A stretch of DNA of 64,000 nt from Oscillospiraceae bacterium (GTDB taxonomy: Bacteria; Bacillota; Clostridia; Oscillospirales; UBA929), in assembly GCA_031254575.1 (NCBI GenBank), contig JAIRUE010000069.1:2330-66329 (forward strand). The letters run 5' to 3'. Positions 48,404 to 56,484 of this stretch are shown here, in pieces. Within the stretch, counting starts at the first letter, position 1, and the number at the start of each line of letters is the position of its first letter. Both the position numbers and the translations under genes were made by a program. The notes below the pieces were generated by a model. It made no database searches and had not been told where the DNA came from. It worked only from the letters and a program-made list of their open reading frames with translations.

Positions 48404-48445
48404 AACTTTCAAAAAGAGAACCGGGAGCGTTTACTGCTCCCGGCT
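48404..48445 (-). terminator. rho-independent terminator of the hydrogenase-like/MCP gene
   Basis: Minus-sense CCGGGAGCAGTAAACGCTCCCGG, followed by TTCTCTTTTT. Confidence 0.7.
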
Positions 48446-48564
48446 TGCTTTACATCTTATTGTTGCCACATATATTGCGAGTTCTTTTGCCTGTTCATCT
48501 GTTAGCGGTATTTTGTTTTGTTTGGCCTTTACCGCACAAATCACTGCGTTGTTGGACGAAAGGG

Positions 48565-50280
48565 TTACCCATCTGTTGTTTCAAAGAGTTTCCTTGTGCT
48601 TTCCGCGACGCCGGATATATGTTCATACGCCGTGTTTACGCTCCGGCTGATCTCTCTTATCATCTCATTGACAGACCCTATCGCGCCGGTTGCCTTTACC
48701 GAAGCGTCCTTTGTCTGGTTGGCGGAGTCGCTGGAGCGTTTGGCGAGTTTTCGTATCTCATCCGCAACCACCGCGAACGCTTTTCCGTGCTCACCCGCGC
48801 GCGCGGCTTCAATCGAGGCGTTGATCGCTATAACATTGACCATCGCGGCAACTTCCTCCACATCGGCTATTGTACGGTTGTACGCAGAAATAGACTCTGT
48901 TATATCATCAATATTGTCTACGATATGCTCCGTTATTCCTTTTATCCCGGAGGTATCCAAGAGTATCGTTTCAAAACTGCTCAGATTGGCTTTTGCATCC
49001 GAGTATTCCCGTGAAATATCGTTACGCGCTTTTTCCATACAGTTCGCCGGGGTATTGATGCCTTTGGCTATCCCTTGCGCCATTTCACGGCATGAATCGC
49101 ATCCGCACGCGCCGCAGTCAAAATGCCTTGACTCTTCATCCAGCTTTCCGAGGGAAACATACGCCTTTTCAAGAGTTGCCGGCGTGACCGGGACCGAGCG
49201 GATCGGAACCGGGCTGTATATCCTTATAAAATCCTCCAGCCGCAGCGTTTCGTCAAAATTCTCAAAGAGTTTGTCAAGGTAGCCGGAATCTTGAATGGCC
49301 GATTGACGCAACCCGTCCATCTTGGTGTTAATGTCAAAAATATCCCCGCCATGTCTGCACCCCGTACCCATATTGCACCCTTCGGCGCAGTTTAATACGT
49401 CAAACAGAACGGGTAGTTTTGATACCTGTTGCTTGGCATACTCGTCCAAAGCCTTGTAAACGGTCTGCTGTCCTTCCGACTTATCAACCCGCAGGGATTT
49501 GCCGATATAATGCTCGACACTTTCCTTCAAGCCGCCCGGCATCGGGTACAGCGAGCCAAGCCCGGCCTCATAATGGTCAAAACCGCTTGTCTCACGCGGG
49601 AAAACAGTATTATGGGACTCTATGTATCCGTACAGGCCGTTCATCGTCACATTGTAATCGACAAGACGGGTGGCCTCAAACTCATGTGTTTTCGCCACGC
49701 ACGGGGAGAGTGCCGCGATTTTTGTCCCTACCCTTTCGTATTTATTCATAAATACGGCGGTGCAGAGCATGGGGGAATGTACGGGGGACAGATATTTCAA
49801 AAGCTCATTGCGGTACATCAAAATGTAATTCACGATGACGGGGCAGGGCTGTGATATGACAGGCTTTGGGCCGTGTTTCCGTATGTAACGGATGTGCGCC
49901 CAAGTGCAGATGTCCGCTCCCAGCGATACGTCGTATATTTTCCGCACCCCTATCGAGCGCAGCCACGTGAACAGCCGCCCTGTTTCCTCAAAATTGGTCT
50001 TTGCCGCCGGGGCCGCGAACAAGCTGATTGGTACGCCTTGTCTCAAATCATCAAAGAACCGCTCCGTATCATCGGTATACCGCCTTGACCCGTGACGGCA
50101 GGCGGTCAGGCACGCGCCGCAGGCAATACACTTTCTGTTATCGACCTCAACGATGATCTTTCCGTCTTTTACGCGCGTGATATTTGCCTCGTCAACAGGG
50201 CATACTCTGACGCAGCGGTTACAGCCCACGCAGTTGTCCAAATTATTGTGAATGATCTTTCGCATACCAGCCTTCTCCAC
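48565..50280 (-). CDS. cytoplasmic fusion protein: 2x[4Fe-4S] ferredoxin + [FeFe]-hydrogenase large-subunit-like domain + Cys-rich motif + methyl-accepting chemotaxis signalling domain
   Basis: CVGCNRCVRVCP and CIACGACLTAC. H-cluster-like motifs SQPCPVIV, SPCVAKTHE and NCAEGCNMGTGC. Then CGACGCDSC and the MCP tip VNVIAINASIEAARAGEHGKAFAVVADEIRKLAKRS. No TM helix. Confidence 0.85.
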   Translation of the reverse strand: MEKAGMRKIIHNNLDNCVGCNRCVRVCPVDEANITRVKDGKIIVEVDNRKCIACGACLTACRHGSRRYTDDTERFFDDLRQGVPISLFAAPAAKTNFEETGRLFTWLRSIGVRKIYDVSLGADICTWAHIRYIRKHGPKPVISQPCPVIVNYILMYRNELLKYLSPVHSPMLCTAVFMNKYERVGTKIAALSPCVAKTHEFEATRLVDYNVTMNGLYGYIESHNTVFPRETSGFDHYEAGLGSLYPMPGGLKESVEHYIGKSLRVDKSEGQQTVYKALDEYAKQQVSKLPVLFDVLNCAEGCNMGTGCRHGGDIFDINTKMDGLRQSAIQDSGYLDKLFENFDETLRLEDFIRIYSPVPIRSVPVTPATLEKAYVSLGKLDEESRHFDCGACGCDSCREMAQGIAKGINTPANCMEKARNDISREYSDAKANLSSFETILLDTSGIKGITEHIVDNIDDITESISAYNRTIADVEEVAAMVNVIAINASIEAARAGEHGKAFAVVADEIRKLAKRSSDSANQTKDASVKATGAIGSVNEMIREISRSVNTAYEHISGVAESTRKLFETTDG

Positions 50281-50410
50281 TCTTAGCCTTTTGCTTTAAT
50301 AGTACCGCTCAATCAACACAATTTACCCATAGTTCTCAGCTTAGTAAAACCGGGGTTGGCGCTCCAGATGAATAAGCGGTTATTCTGAAAAACGAAAATC
50401 TCTAAATTTT

Positions 50411-51613
50411 CTAAAGTGACTCCGTGTAAATTTTTTCAACAACGTCTTTGCCGGAAGCGACAGGCGCGCACTCTAAAAGTCCAGTCAACCCCGGAGTTTC
50501 AAAGGTGAGATTTACCAGCTTGAGTACATTATCTTTTGTGAAACCGACATCAGTCATCGTCTGGGTTACGCCCACGGAATGCAACCACGCGCGCACACCG
50601 TCTGCGGCTTTTTCAGCTTCGTTGGCGTCGCCTGTAAGACTGGGAACAAGGGAGCTAAAAATATCAGCCAGGATAACGCCGCACGCAGGATAGATCGCCT
50701 TGATCACGGCGGGCAGGAGAATAGCCAAACCAAGACCGTGAGGCAATGTCGGCTTAATGCCGCTCAAAGGATGCTCAAGGGCGTGCGTGAGATGAAGCAT
50801 ACCGTTATCGAACGACGTACCTGCGATTAGGGCGGCGTAGGTAAGAAAATACCTGGCCGTAAGGTCTTTCGGGTCTTTTAACGCGGCTGGCAGATACTTT
50901 ACGACCAGCCCAATGACTTCTTTGGCCAAAGAAATCGCAAATGGATTATTGAGGACTGTGGTCGCCGCCTCCACCACATGGTTAACCGCGTCAATGCTCA
51001 CATAACGGGTCTGGTCGGCGGGCAGGCCCGTCATCAGGGCAGGGTCATCAATGGAATACATCGGATAGATGCAATCGTAAGCAATCGCGGGCTTATATTC
51101 CTTTTCTGGGATGGTGACGACCGCAAACCTGTTCGCTTCACTGCCTGTTCCGTGAGTGAGATTAATCGCAATGATCGGCACAGCCTTTTCGGCGGTGAAC
51201 TTCATCTCATACAGGTCCTGACAGGTTTTGTCTGGGTATTCCATGAGAACCGCCACGCTTTTCCCCGCGTCTATGGGACTTCCGCCTCCAATACAAATAA
51301 CGGCTTTCGCTCCTGCGTCCCTTGCGATTTTTACCGCCTCGTCAACCTGATGGGTTTCCGGATTCGGCTGTACCTTGTTGTAGAGCGTATAACGGATACC
51401 CTGTGCGCCGAGCGCTTTTGTCACATGATCCCAAGCGCCGGTTGTGGCGTAAGCGGCTTTTCCGGTCATAACTATGACGCTGTCAACTCCCTTGTCCTTG
51501 AGCTGCCCCGCAACAAAGTTCATCTTCTCAATGGCTCCCGCCCCCAAAAATATGTGGCTGCCGCAGATAATTGTGCTGACATTGTTTACGTTGACCGCTT
51601 TCTCCCAAGACAT
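50411..51613 (-). CDS. iron-containing alcohol dehydrogenase (400 aa)
   Basis: GGGSPIDAGK, ..THGTGSE.., DAVNH..LTHALEHPL Fe-ADH motifs. AAGGAG RBS before ATG 51613. Confidence 0.88.
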   Translation of the reverse strand: MSWEKAVNVNNVSTIICGSHIFLGAGAIEKMNFVAGQLKDKGVDSVIVMTGKAAYATTGAWDHVTKALGAQGIRYTLYNKVQPNPETHQVDEAVKIARDAGAKAVICIGGGSPIDAGKSVAVLMEYPDKTCQDLYEMKFTAEKAVPIIAINLTHGTGSEANRFAVVTIPEKEYKPAIAYDCIYPMYSIDDPALMTGLPADQTRYVSIDAVNHVVEAATTVLNNPFAISLAKEVIGLVVKYLPAALKDPKDLTARYFLTYAALIAGTSFDNGMLHLTHALEHPLSGIKPTLPHGLGLAILLPAVIKAIYPACGVILADIFSSLVPSLTGDANEAEKAADGVRAWLHSVGVTQTMTDVGFTKDNVLKLVNLTFETPGLTGLLECAPVASGKDVVEKIYTESL

Positions 51614-51738
51614 AGTAATTTCTCCTTTTACAATAGTTTTTTGGGTCATGAGCTTAAACAGGTACATACTACGTTCTTTTAATATTTCCCATTTGTCCAC
51701 CTCCCGTCATGACTAAAACGGTCAAAAAATCAACCGCA

Positions 51739-51791
51739 ATTTGATATAGTCATTATCGATACCCCATATATCGATAATGACTATATCAAAT
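51739..51791. repeat. 23-bp perfect inverted repeat (ATTTGATATAGTCATTATCGATA / 7-nt loop / TATCGATAATGACTATATCAAAT)
   Basis: Arms at 51739-51761 and 51769-51791, about 125 nt upstream of the ADH start and inside the islet. Confidence 0.9.
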
Positions 51792-52084
51792 GCCCGGGTG
51801 TTTGTCAATCGGATGTTTGAAATTTATTCCCCCAAAAAGTATGTACGAAAAAGTAAACAATACATAGCGGGACTAATGCTTCATAAGCGGCCTCGAAAAA
51901 CTCAGAAGGGGCGAGTGCCCCATCGAACGGCAGTGTGCCACAGTGGGTACGTGAAGCGGAGCAGGGCGAGATTGACGAGTTGCCGTTTTAGAAGCGGATG
52001 GCGTACCGTTGGCGCACAATCCAAAAACGCACCTTGACAACAAAACAAGAGAACGCCCAAACCTTTGCGGCTCAAGCGTTCCGT

Positions 52085-52160
52085 TGGTGGACGATAAGGA
52101 ACTCGAATCCCTGACCCTCCGCACGTCAAGCGGATGCTCTACCAACTGAGCTAATCGTCC
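52085..52160 (-). tRNA. tRNA-Val (anticodon GAC), CCA encoded
   Basis: GGACGATTAGCTCAGTTGGTAGAGCATCCGCTTGACGTGCGGAGGGTCAGGGATTCGAGTTCCTTATCGTCCACCA forms a cloverleaf. The promoter TTGACA-N16-TATAAT is at 52175-52202. Confidence 0.95.
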
Positions 52161-52277
52161 GGGACACTTTTTATTATACACGGAAAACCCTGTCTGTCAA
52201 GCGGTTTTTGCGTCCCGCGCACAAAATTGCCGCGCCGCCTCCGGGCGGCGCGGCTCTGTGTCACAGCGGCCGGCGCT

Positions 52278-53141
52278 TTACGGCAGATACTCCGTCGGAT
52301 CGACCGGCTCGCCGTCTTTGAGGATCTCAAAATGCAGATGCGGAGGCAATGCCTGCTCGGCGACGGCCGTCTCCCCCACCGCGCCAATAGTGTCCCCGGC
52401 CTTCACGCTTTTGCCCTCCGTGACCGTCGAGGCCGGCGACAGGTTGGAATAAACGGTGGTATATCCGCCGGAGTGCTCGATAACAATGCTCGCGCCCATG
52501 TTGCGCGCCGCGCTGTCAATGACCTCCTTGACAACGCCGTCAGCGGCGGCCTGCACCAACGCGCCCGCGTTGGTTTCAATATCCACGCCGGGATGATAGC
52601 GCCATTCGCGCAGGGCTTCAAAAAAGACGTCCGCGCTCTCGCTGAAGCCCACCAGTATATCACCGTTGACAGGCGGATAGAAATCGGGCTTTGCGGCAAC
52701 GGCGGGCTGCGGCGGCTCGTCCGGAACGGCCGGCATTTCCGGCGCGTTCCCCGCGACCTCCATACCTTCCCCTTCCTCCATACCGTCCACATTGACGGTA
52801 CCCCGGGCGTCGTTGGGACCGGCTCCGCTCTGCGGCAGCGCCCCTCCGGACGGGGACGGAACCGTCAGCGGCGGCGGTGAGGACGGCGGCAGCGCCGGCG
52901 ACGGGGACGGGTTGGCCGGAGCAGCTGAAATCCGGGGCTGTGCCGGACTGGGCGACGCTCCGGGGGACACCAGCGCCAAACTGGGCGGATCGGGCGTTTC
53001 GCCCGAGCCTCCGAAGAACAGCATGTACCCGGACGCGCCAATGGCGGCCACACAAAGGATCAAAACCACGTAAAACCCTTTGCCCGCGAAAAAATCCAGC
53101 AGTCTGTGCGCTTTTCCTTGCTTGTGATTCAATGGTAACAC
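52278..53141 (-). CDS. M23-family peptidoglycan metalloendopeptidase, membrane-anchored
   Basis: N-terminal TM helix, Pro/Ser-rich linker, LytM motifs HPGVD and HLHFE. Confidence 0.85.
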   Translation of the reverse strand: MLPLNHKQGKAHRLLDFFAGKGFYVVLILCVAAIGASGYMLFFGGSGETPDPPSLALVSPGASPSPAQPRISAAPANPSPSPALPPSSPPPLTVPSPSGGALPQSGAGPNDARGTVNVDGMEEGEGMEVAGNAPEMPAVPDEPPQPAVAAKPDFYPPVNGDILVGFSESADVFFEALREWRYHPGVDIETNAGALVQAAADGVVKEVIDSAARNMGASIVIEHSGGYTTVYSNLSPASTVTEGKSVKAGDTIGAVGETAVAEQALPPHLHFEILKDGEPVDPTEYLP

Positions 53142-53219
53142 CTCCGCCGCTAGTATCGACGGCGGAGGCGCGGATTATACATAATTTAACGGAGATTCCA
53201 AAATAGAGCTGCGCGGGAA

Positions 53220-53558
53220 CTATATACCGCTCCCGATCCCCAGCGAGCAGACCATTGTTTTGATAAGTTCCACTTGCGCGGCCTCCAGACCCCTCAGCGC
53301 GCCCACGATCTCACCGATCCATTTTTCCTTGTCTCCCGTGTTATCCTGCCTCTCTATCGGCAGTAAATCCGACAGCCCTATGTTGAACAGCCCGCATATC
53401 TCGACCAGCTTATTCAGGCTGATCCCCTTGCGGCCCTGCTCGATATTGGCGATATGCAGCGTCGAGGCGCCGATCTTATCCGCCAGCTGTTCCTGTGTCA
53501 GCGCGTTTTTCTTTCTGTAAAGCCGGATCCTCTTACCGATGATATTTGTGTCTTCCAT
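53220..53558 (-). CDS. XRE-family HTH transcriptional regulator (112 aa)
   Basis: IRLYRKKNALTQEQLADKIGASTLHIANIEQG. Confidence 0.8.
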   Translation of the reverse strand: MEDTNIIGKRIRLYRKKNALTQEQLADKIGASTLHIANIEQGRKGISLNKLVEICGLFNIGLSDLLPIERQDNTGDKEKWIGEIVGALRGLEAAQVELIKTMVCSLGIGSGI

Positions 53559-53743
53559 GAACGGCCCCGCCTTTCCGTTATGTTGTCCGTCAATGCGCCG
53601 TTTTGAAAACGCTTGTAAAAGGGCGGATATTTTGGTATTATCGTTATACCGACCGCTAAAATTTTATCATATACGACACAAAACGCCGTATATTCCCTCA
53701 GTCTTAATCTATGCAAAACTATATTCAGAAAGGTTTGAGCGCA

Positions 53744-54544
53744 ATGGACAAGGTAAGACCGATGCCCCTGCTGCTGATCGAGGACGAGGTGAGCGACTGC
53801 GCCCGGTTTAAGGAGTGCGCCGACCGCAGGACCGACGTCATCTTCGTCGGCATGACCGATTCGTGCGAGGAAGGGATAAAGCTGGTACAGTCCCGGCTGC
53901 CGGAGGGCGTTATTCTGGATTTGCAGTTGGTCAAAGGGGCGGGATCGGGCCTCCGGTTTCTGGAAATCCTGAATGAAGCCGAGCTGGCGTTCCGCCCGAT
54001 TGTCATTATCACCACCAGCAACCAGTCCAATTTGGTTTACGACCGTATCGAGGGGTTGGGCGCGGATTGGATATTCTGCAAGAAACAGAAGGGTTACAGC
54101 GAATCCTTTGTCGTAGAGACGATGCTCTCGCTGCGGGAATCGTTGCATACAAAGCAGCGCGGGGGCGCGTCGAAGGAACGGCAGCTCATAGAATCTCCGG
54201 AGGAGCGGGACACCCGCATATACAACCGTATTGATACCGAGCTTAACCTGGTCGGCGTCCGCGTGCGCTTCAAGGGCCACGAATACCTCCGCGACGCCAT
54301 CTACCTTAAACTCAATGATGAAAAGGGCGCCGGCTCGGCGATCGAACAGGTCGCCCAAAAACACCATCACGCCTACCCCACCGTCAGCAAGGTCATGCAG
54401 ACGGCCATTAACAATGCCTGGGACAACGCAAGCATCGGGGAACTGCAAACATACTACACCGCCCACATCAGCTCCAAAACCGGCGTCCCCTCCGCCACCG
54501 ATTTCATCTATTTCTACGCCGACAAAATACGCAAGACTATGTAG
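53744..54544 (+). CDS. response regulator with a Spo0A C-terminal-type DNA-binding domain (Spo0A paralog)
   Basis: Receiver domain (LLLIEDE..VILDLQL..ITTS). The C-terminus VGVRVRFKGHEYLRDAIYLKL..YPTVSKVMQTAINNAWDN..PSATDFIYFYADKIR is collinear with Spo0A_C (IKGYLYLREAI..VERAIRHAIEVAW..NSEFIAMVADKLR). Confidence 0.75.
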   Translation: MDKVRPMPLLLIEDEVSDCARFKECADRRTDVIFVGMTDSCEEGIKLVQSRLPEGVILDLQLVKGAGSGLRFLEILNEAELAFRPIVIITTSNQSNLVYDRIEGLGADWIFCKKQKGYSESFVVETMLSLRESLHTKQRGGASKERQLIESPEERDTRIYNRIDTELNLVGVRVRFKGHEYLRDAIYLKLNDEKGAGSAIEQVAQKHHHAYPTVSKVMQTAINNAWDNASIGELQTYYTAHISSKTGVPSATDFIYFYADKIRKTM

Positions 54545-54620
54545 CGTGAAAAAACATGACTATTGATTCCTATTTATCTTATCCGCGTATAGACATGTTG
54601 ATGTAATTTTAGACAATCCT

Positions 54621-54658
54621 TACCATACGGAGATTTTATCTCCGTATGGTATTTTTTT
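54621..54658 (+). terminator. rho-independent terminator after the Spo0A-like gene
   Basis: TACCATACGGAGAT-TTT-ATCTCCGTATGGTA, followed by TTTTTTT. Confidence 0.85.
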
Positions 54659-54708
54659 GTCAATAAAGGCTGAAAGGCCGAAAAATATTAAGATGGAGGA
54701 CATAAATC

Positions 54709-54750
54709 ATGTGGAGTTGGCTCTGGCAATTCTTAGCTCTCGGCTGCTAA
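54709..54750 (+). CDS. 13-codon micro-ORF MWSWLWQFLALGC
   Basis: GGAGGA at 54696-54701, 7 nt before the ATG, and a dedicated terminator follows. An alternative overlapping 22-codon ORF (54693-54761, MEDINHVELALAILSSRLLIPY) lacks an SD. Confidence 0.35.
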   Translation: MWSWLWQFLALGC

Positions 54751-54768
54751 TCCCGTACTAACAACTGG

Positions 54769-54808
54769 GGAGAAACCGGATAAAAACCGGTTTCTCTTGT
54801 TTTTTTGC
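54769..54808 (+). terminator. rho-independent terminator after the micro-ORF
   Basis: GAGAAACCGG-ATAAAA-ACCGGTTTCTC, followed by TTGTTTTTTT. Confidence 0.8.
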
Positions 54809-54850
54809 CAAAAATGGAGTAGAATTGTAAAAAACGGGAAGGTAAACGCG

Positions 54851-56362
54851 ATGACTGTATTGTTTTGGTGCAATATGATCGGCACAATGGGAACACTTTT
54901 TACCAGTATATACATATGCCGGAAAGCCGTCAGCCATAAGACGTCTCCTTTGCTAAATGTGTTATCCATTCCTTGGTGTTTTATATGGGCATTGCTCTAT
55001 GCCATTGATCTTCCTTGGCTGCCGTCATTGGCGGTACGGCCGGTCACTTGCATCGTGTTTGTTGTAGTCATCAGGGTAACATTCAAAATCAAGCCCGACA
55101 CGGTGGTGTCGGCATATTTGCTCTCATATGGCAGCAGTTATTTTCTTTACTTCATTGCGGGAATCCCAATTGGTCTTGCTTTCGCTCCGTTTTTAGGCGC
55201 GGAACATACCGCTGAAAAGATTGTCGAGTTCAGCGAACCCATTTATTTACTGTCATATATTCTTGTGGCATCCGTTCAGTTTCTGATGGCGTACGGTTTC
55301 TTCAAAATAAGGCGTTTTAAGAAAGGATTCCCCTTTCTATTCAAAAAGTATACAGTCGTTATAGCTCTGGTCGCCGCCGGTATCGTTTTGGCACTTGTAT
55401 CTCTGTTCTCCGCGCCCCGTGAAACATATGAGAACAGCTTTCTTGCCTTTTTCCCGTTTATCGTGGGTATATTGATTATCGGCGTCGGCATTTTCATCTG
55501 GATACGGAGGGGGATAAAGGCGTTTTATAAAAAATGGGTGCGGGAGAATAACGAGGAGCTGTACCGCCGGGAACTGGAGGAGAAGGAGCGGGAGATCCGG
55601 CGGTTGACGGAACTGTGCGAGACGGTGAGGGCGGCGAATCACGGCATGATACACCGGCAGGCCGCCGTGGAGCGCCGCGTGGCGGAAATCCTGGAAAGGA
55701 TGGCGGAACCGGGGATTGACGCCGGACTCCGCGGGGAACTGGCGGAGGCGCTGGAAGACGTCCGCGGGCTGTCGCGGGAGTACGGGGAAAAGGTCGGCCG
55801 GGTAAATACAAATAAGACGCTGCCCTCCACGAATGTGAAAACGGCGGACGCCCTGTTCGCGCATTTCGCGGAAAAATGCGCGGACAGCGGCATAGACTTC
55901 ACCCTCAAAGTCAACGGCAGCGTCGTTCCCATGATTGAAAAGGCGATTGCGCGGGACAGGCTGGAGACATTGATCGGCGACCACCTTCAGGACGCGCTGA
56001 TCGCGGTCAGCGCGGGCGGCGGGACCCGCAATATTCTGGCGGTGATCGGGGAAGCCGGGGACTGTTATGAGTTTTCGGTACACGACAGCGGCATTCCTTT
56101 CGAGGCGGACACGCTGGCGCGGCTTGGCGCGGAGCGTGTGACCACCCGCGCCGGAGAGGGCGGCAGCGGGTTCGGCTTCATGGCCACGTTTGAAACCATG
56201 CGGGAATGCGGCGCCAGCCTTATCATCAGGGAGAACAAACCGGGCGGCGCCTTCTCCAAATCCGTCACCATCCGTTTTGACGGCGGGAACCGGTACATCA
56301 TCAAAACCCACCGCCCCGGCGGCTTCCCTCCCAGCGACAGATACACGGTCGTTCCTCAATGA
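54851..56362 (+). CDS. polytopic membrane sensor kinase with GHKL ATPase domain (AgrC/LytS-like architecture)
   Basis: About 6 N-terminal TM helices, a coiled coil, candidate H region ANHGMIHRQ, and an ATPase domain with HDSGIPF and GGSGFGFM. GGAAGG RBS before ATG 54851. Confidence 0.7.
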   Translation: MTVLFWCNMIGTMGTLFTSIYICRKAVSHKTSPLLNVLSIPWCFIWALLYAIDLPWLPSLAVRPVTCIVFVVVIRVTFKIKPDTVVSAYLLSYGSSYFLYFIAGIPIGLAFAPFLGAEHTAEKIVEFSEPIYLLSYILVASVQFLMAYGFFKIRRFKKGFPFLFKKYTVVIALVAAGIVLALVSLFSAPRETYENSFLAFFPFIVGILIIGVGIFIWIRRGIKAFYKKWVRENNEELYRRELEEKEREIRRLTELCETVRAANHGMIHRQAAVERRVAEILERMAEPGIDAGLRGELAEALEDVRGLSREYGEKVGRVNTNKTLPSTNVKTADALFAHFAEKCADSGIDFTLKVNGSVVPMIEKAIARDRLETLIGDHLQDALIAVSAGGGTRNILAVIGEAGDCYEFSVHDSGIPFEADTLARLGAERVTTRAGEGGSGFGFMATFETMRECGASLIIRENKPGGAFSKSVTIRFDGGNRYIIKTHRPGGFPPSDRYTVVPQ

Positions 56363-56416
56363 ACCGGAAAAGCGGGCCGTCAAATGTAAAAAAAGTTTGA
56401 ATAAAAGGAAAAAGTC

Positions 56417-56459
56417 TTGACGGATAGTTGCTAACATGTTTATAATATAACAGTGTTAG
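56417..56459 (+). promoter_or_regulatory. promoter TTGACG-N18-TATAAT overlapped by the CTAACA..TGTTAG inverted repeat (candidate MarR operator)
   Basis: Hexamers at 56417-56422 and 56441-56446. IR arms at 56431-56436 and 56454-56459. Confidence 0.55.
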
Positions 56460-56484
56460 ATATTGCCGGGGGAGAGGGATCACG

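Larger units (their letters stand above)
48213..52129. mobile_element. 3.8-kb tRNA-Val-inserted genomic islet (integrase-less remnant)
   Basis: Bounded by 48-bp direct repeats made of the tRNA 3' half. The interior is visibly more AT-rich than the flanks. It carries 2 cargo genes and no recombinase ORF. Confidence 0.7.

Noticed and set aside
48261-52081. Search for an integrase, excisionase or transposase inside the tRNA-Val islet
   Set aside because: No ORF on either strand has recombinase motifs. The 102-aa ORF at 51873-52181 merely overlaps the tRNA. The islet is therefore called a remnant rather than an active element.
52278-53141. M23 peptidase considered as sporulation protein SpoIIQ
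   Set aside because: The catalytic HxxxD and HxH motifs are intact, whereas SpoIIQ is usually degenerate, and there is no supporting sporulation gene context in the window. It is left as a generic M23 endopeptidase.
53498-54466. 322-aa minus-strand ORF
   Set aside because: It is antisense to the Spo0A-like regulator and has no motifs. The + strand product aligns convincingly to receiver and Spo0A_C domains.
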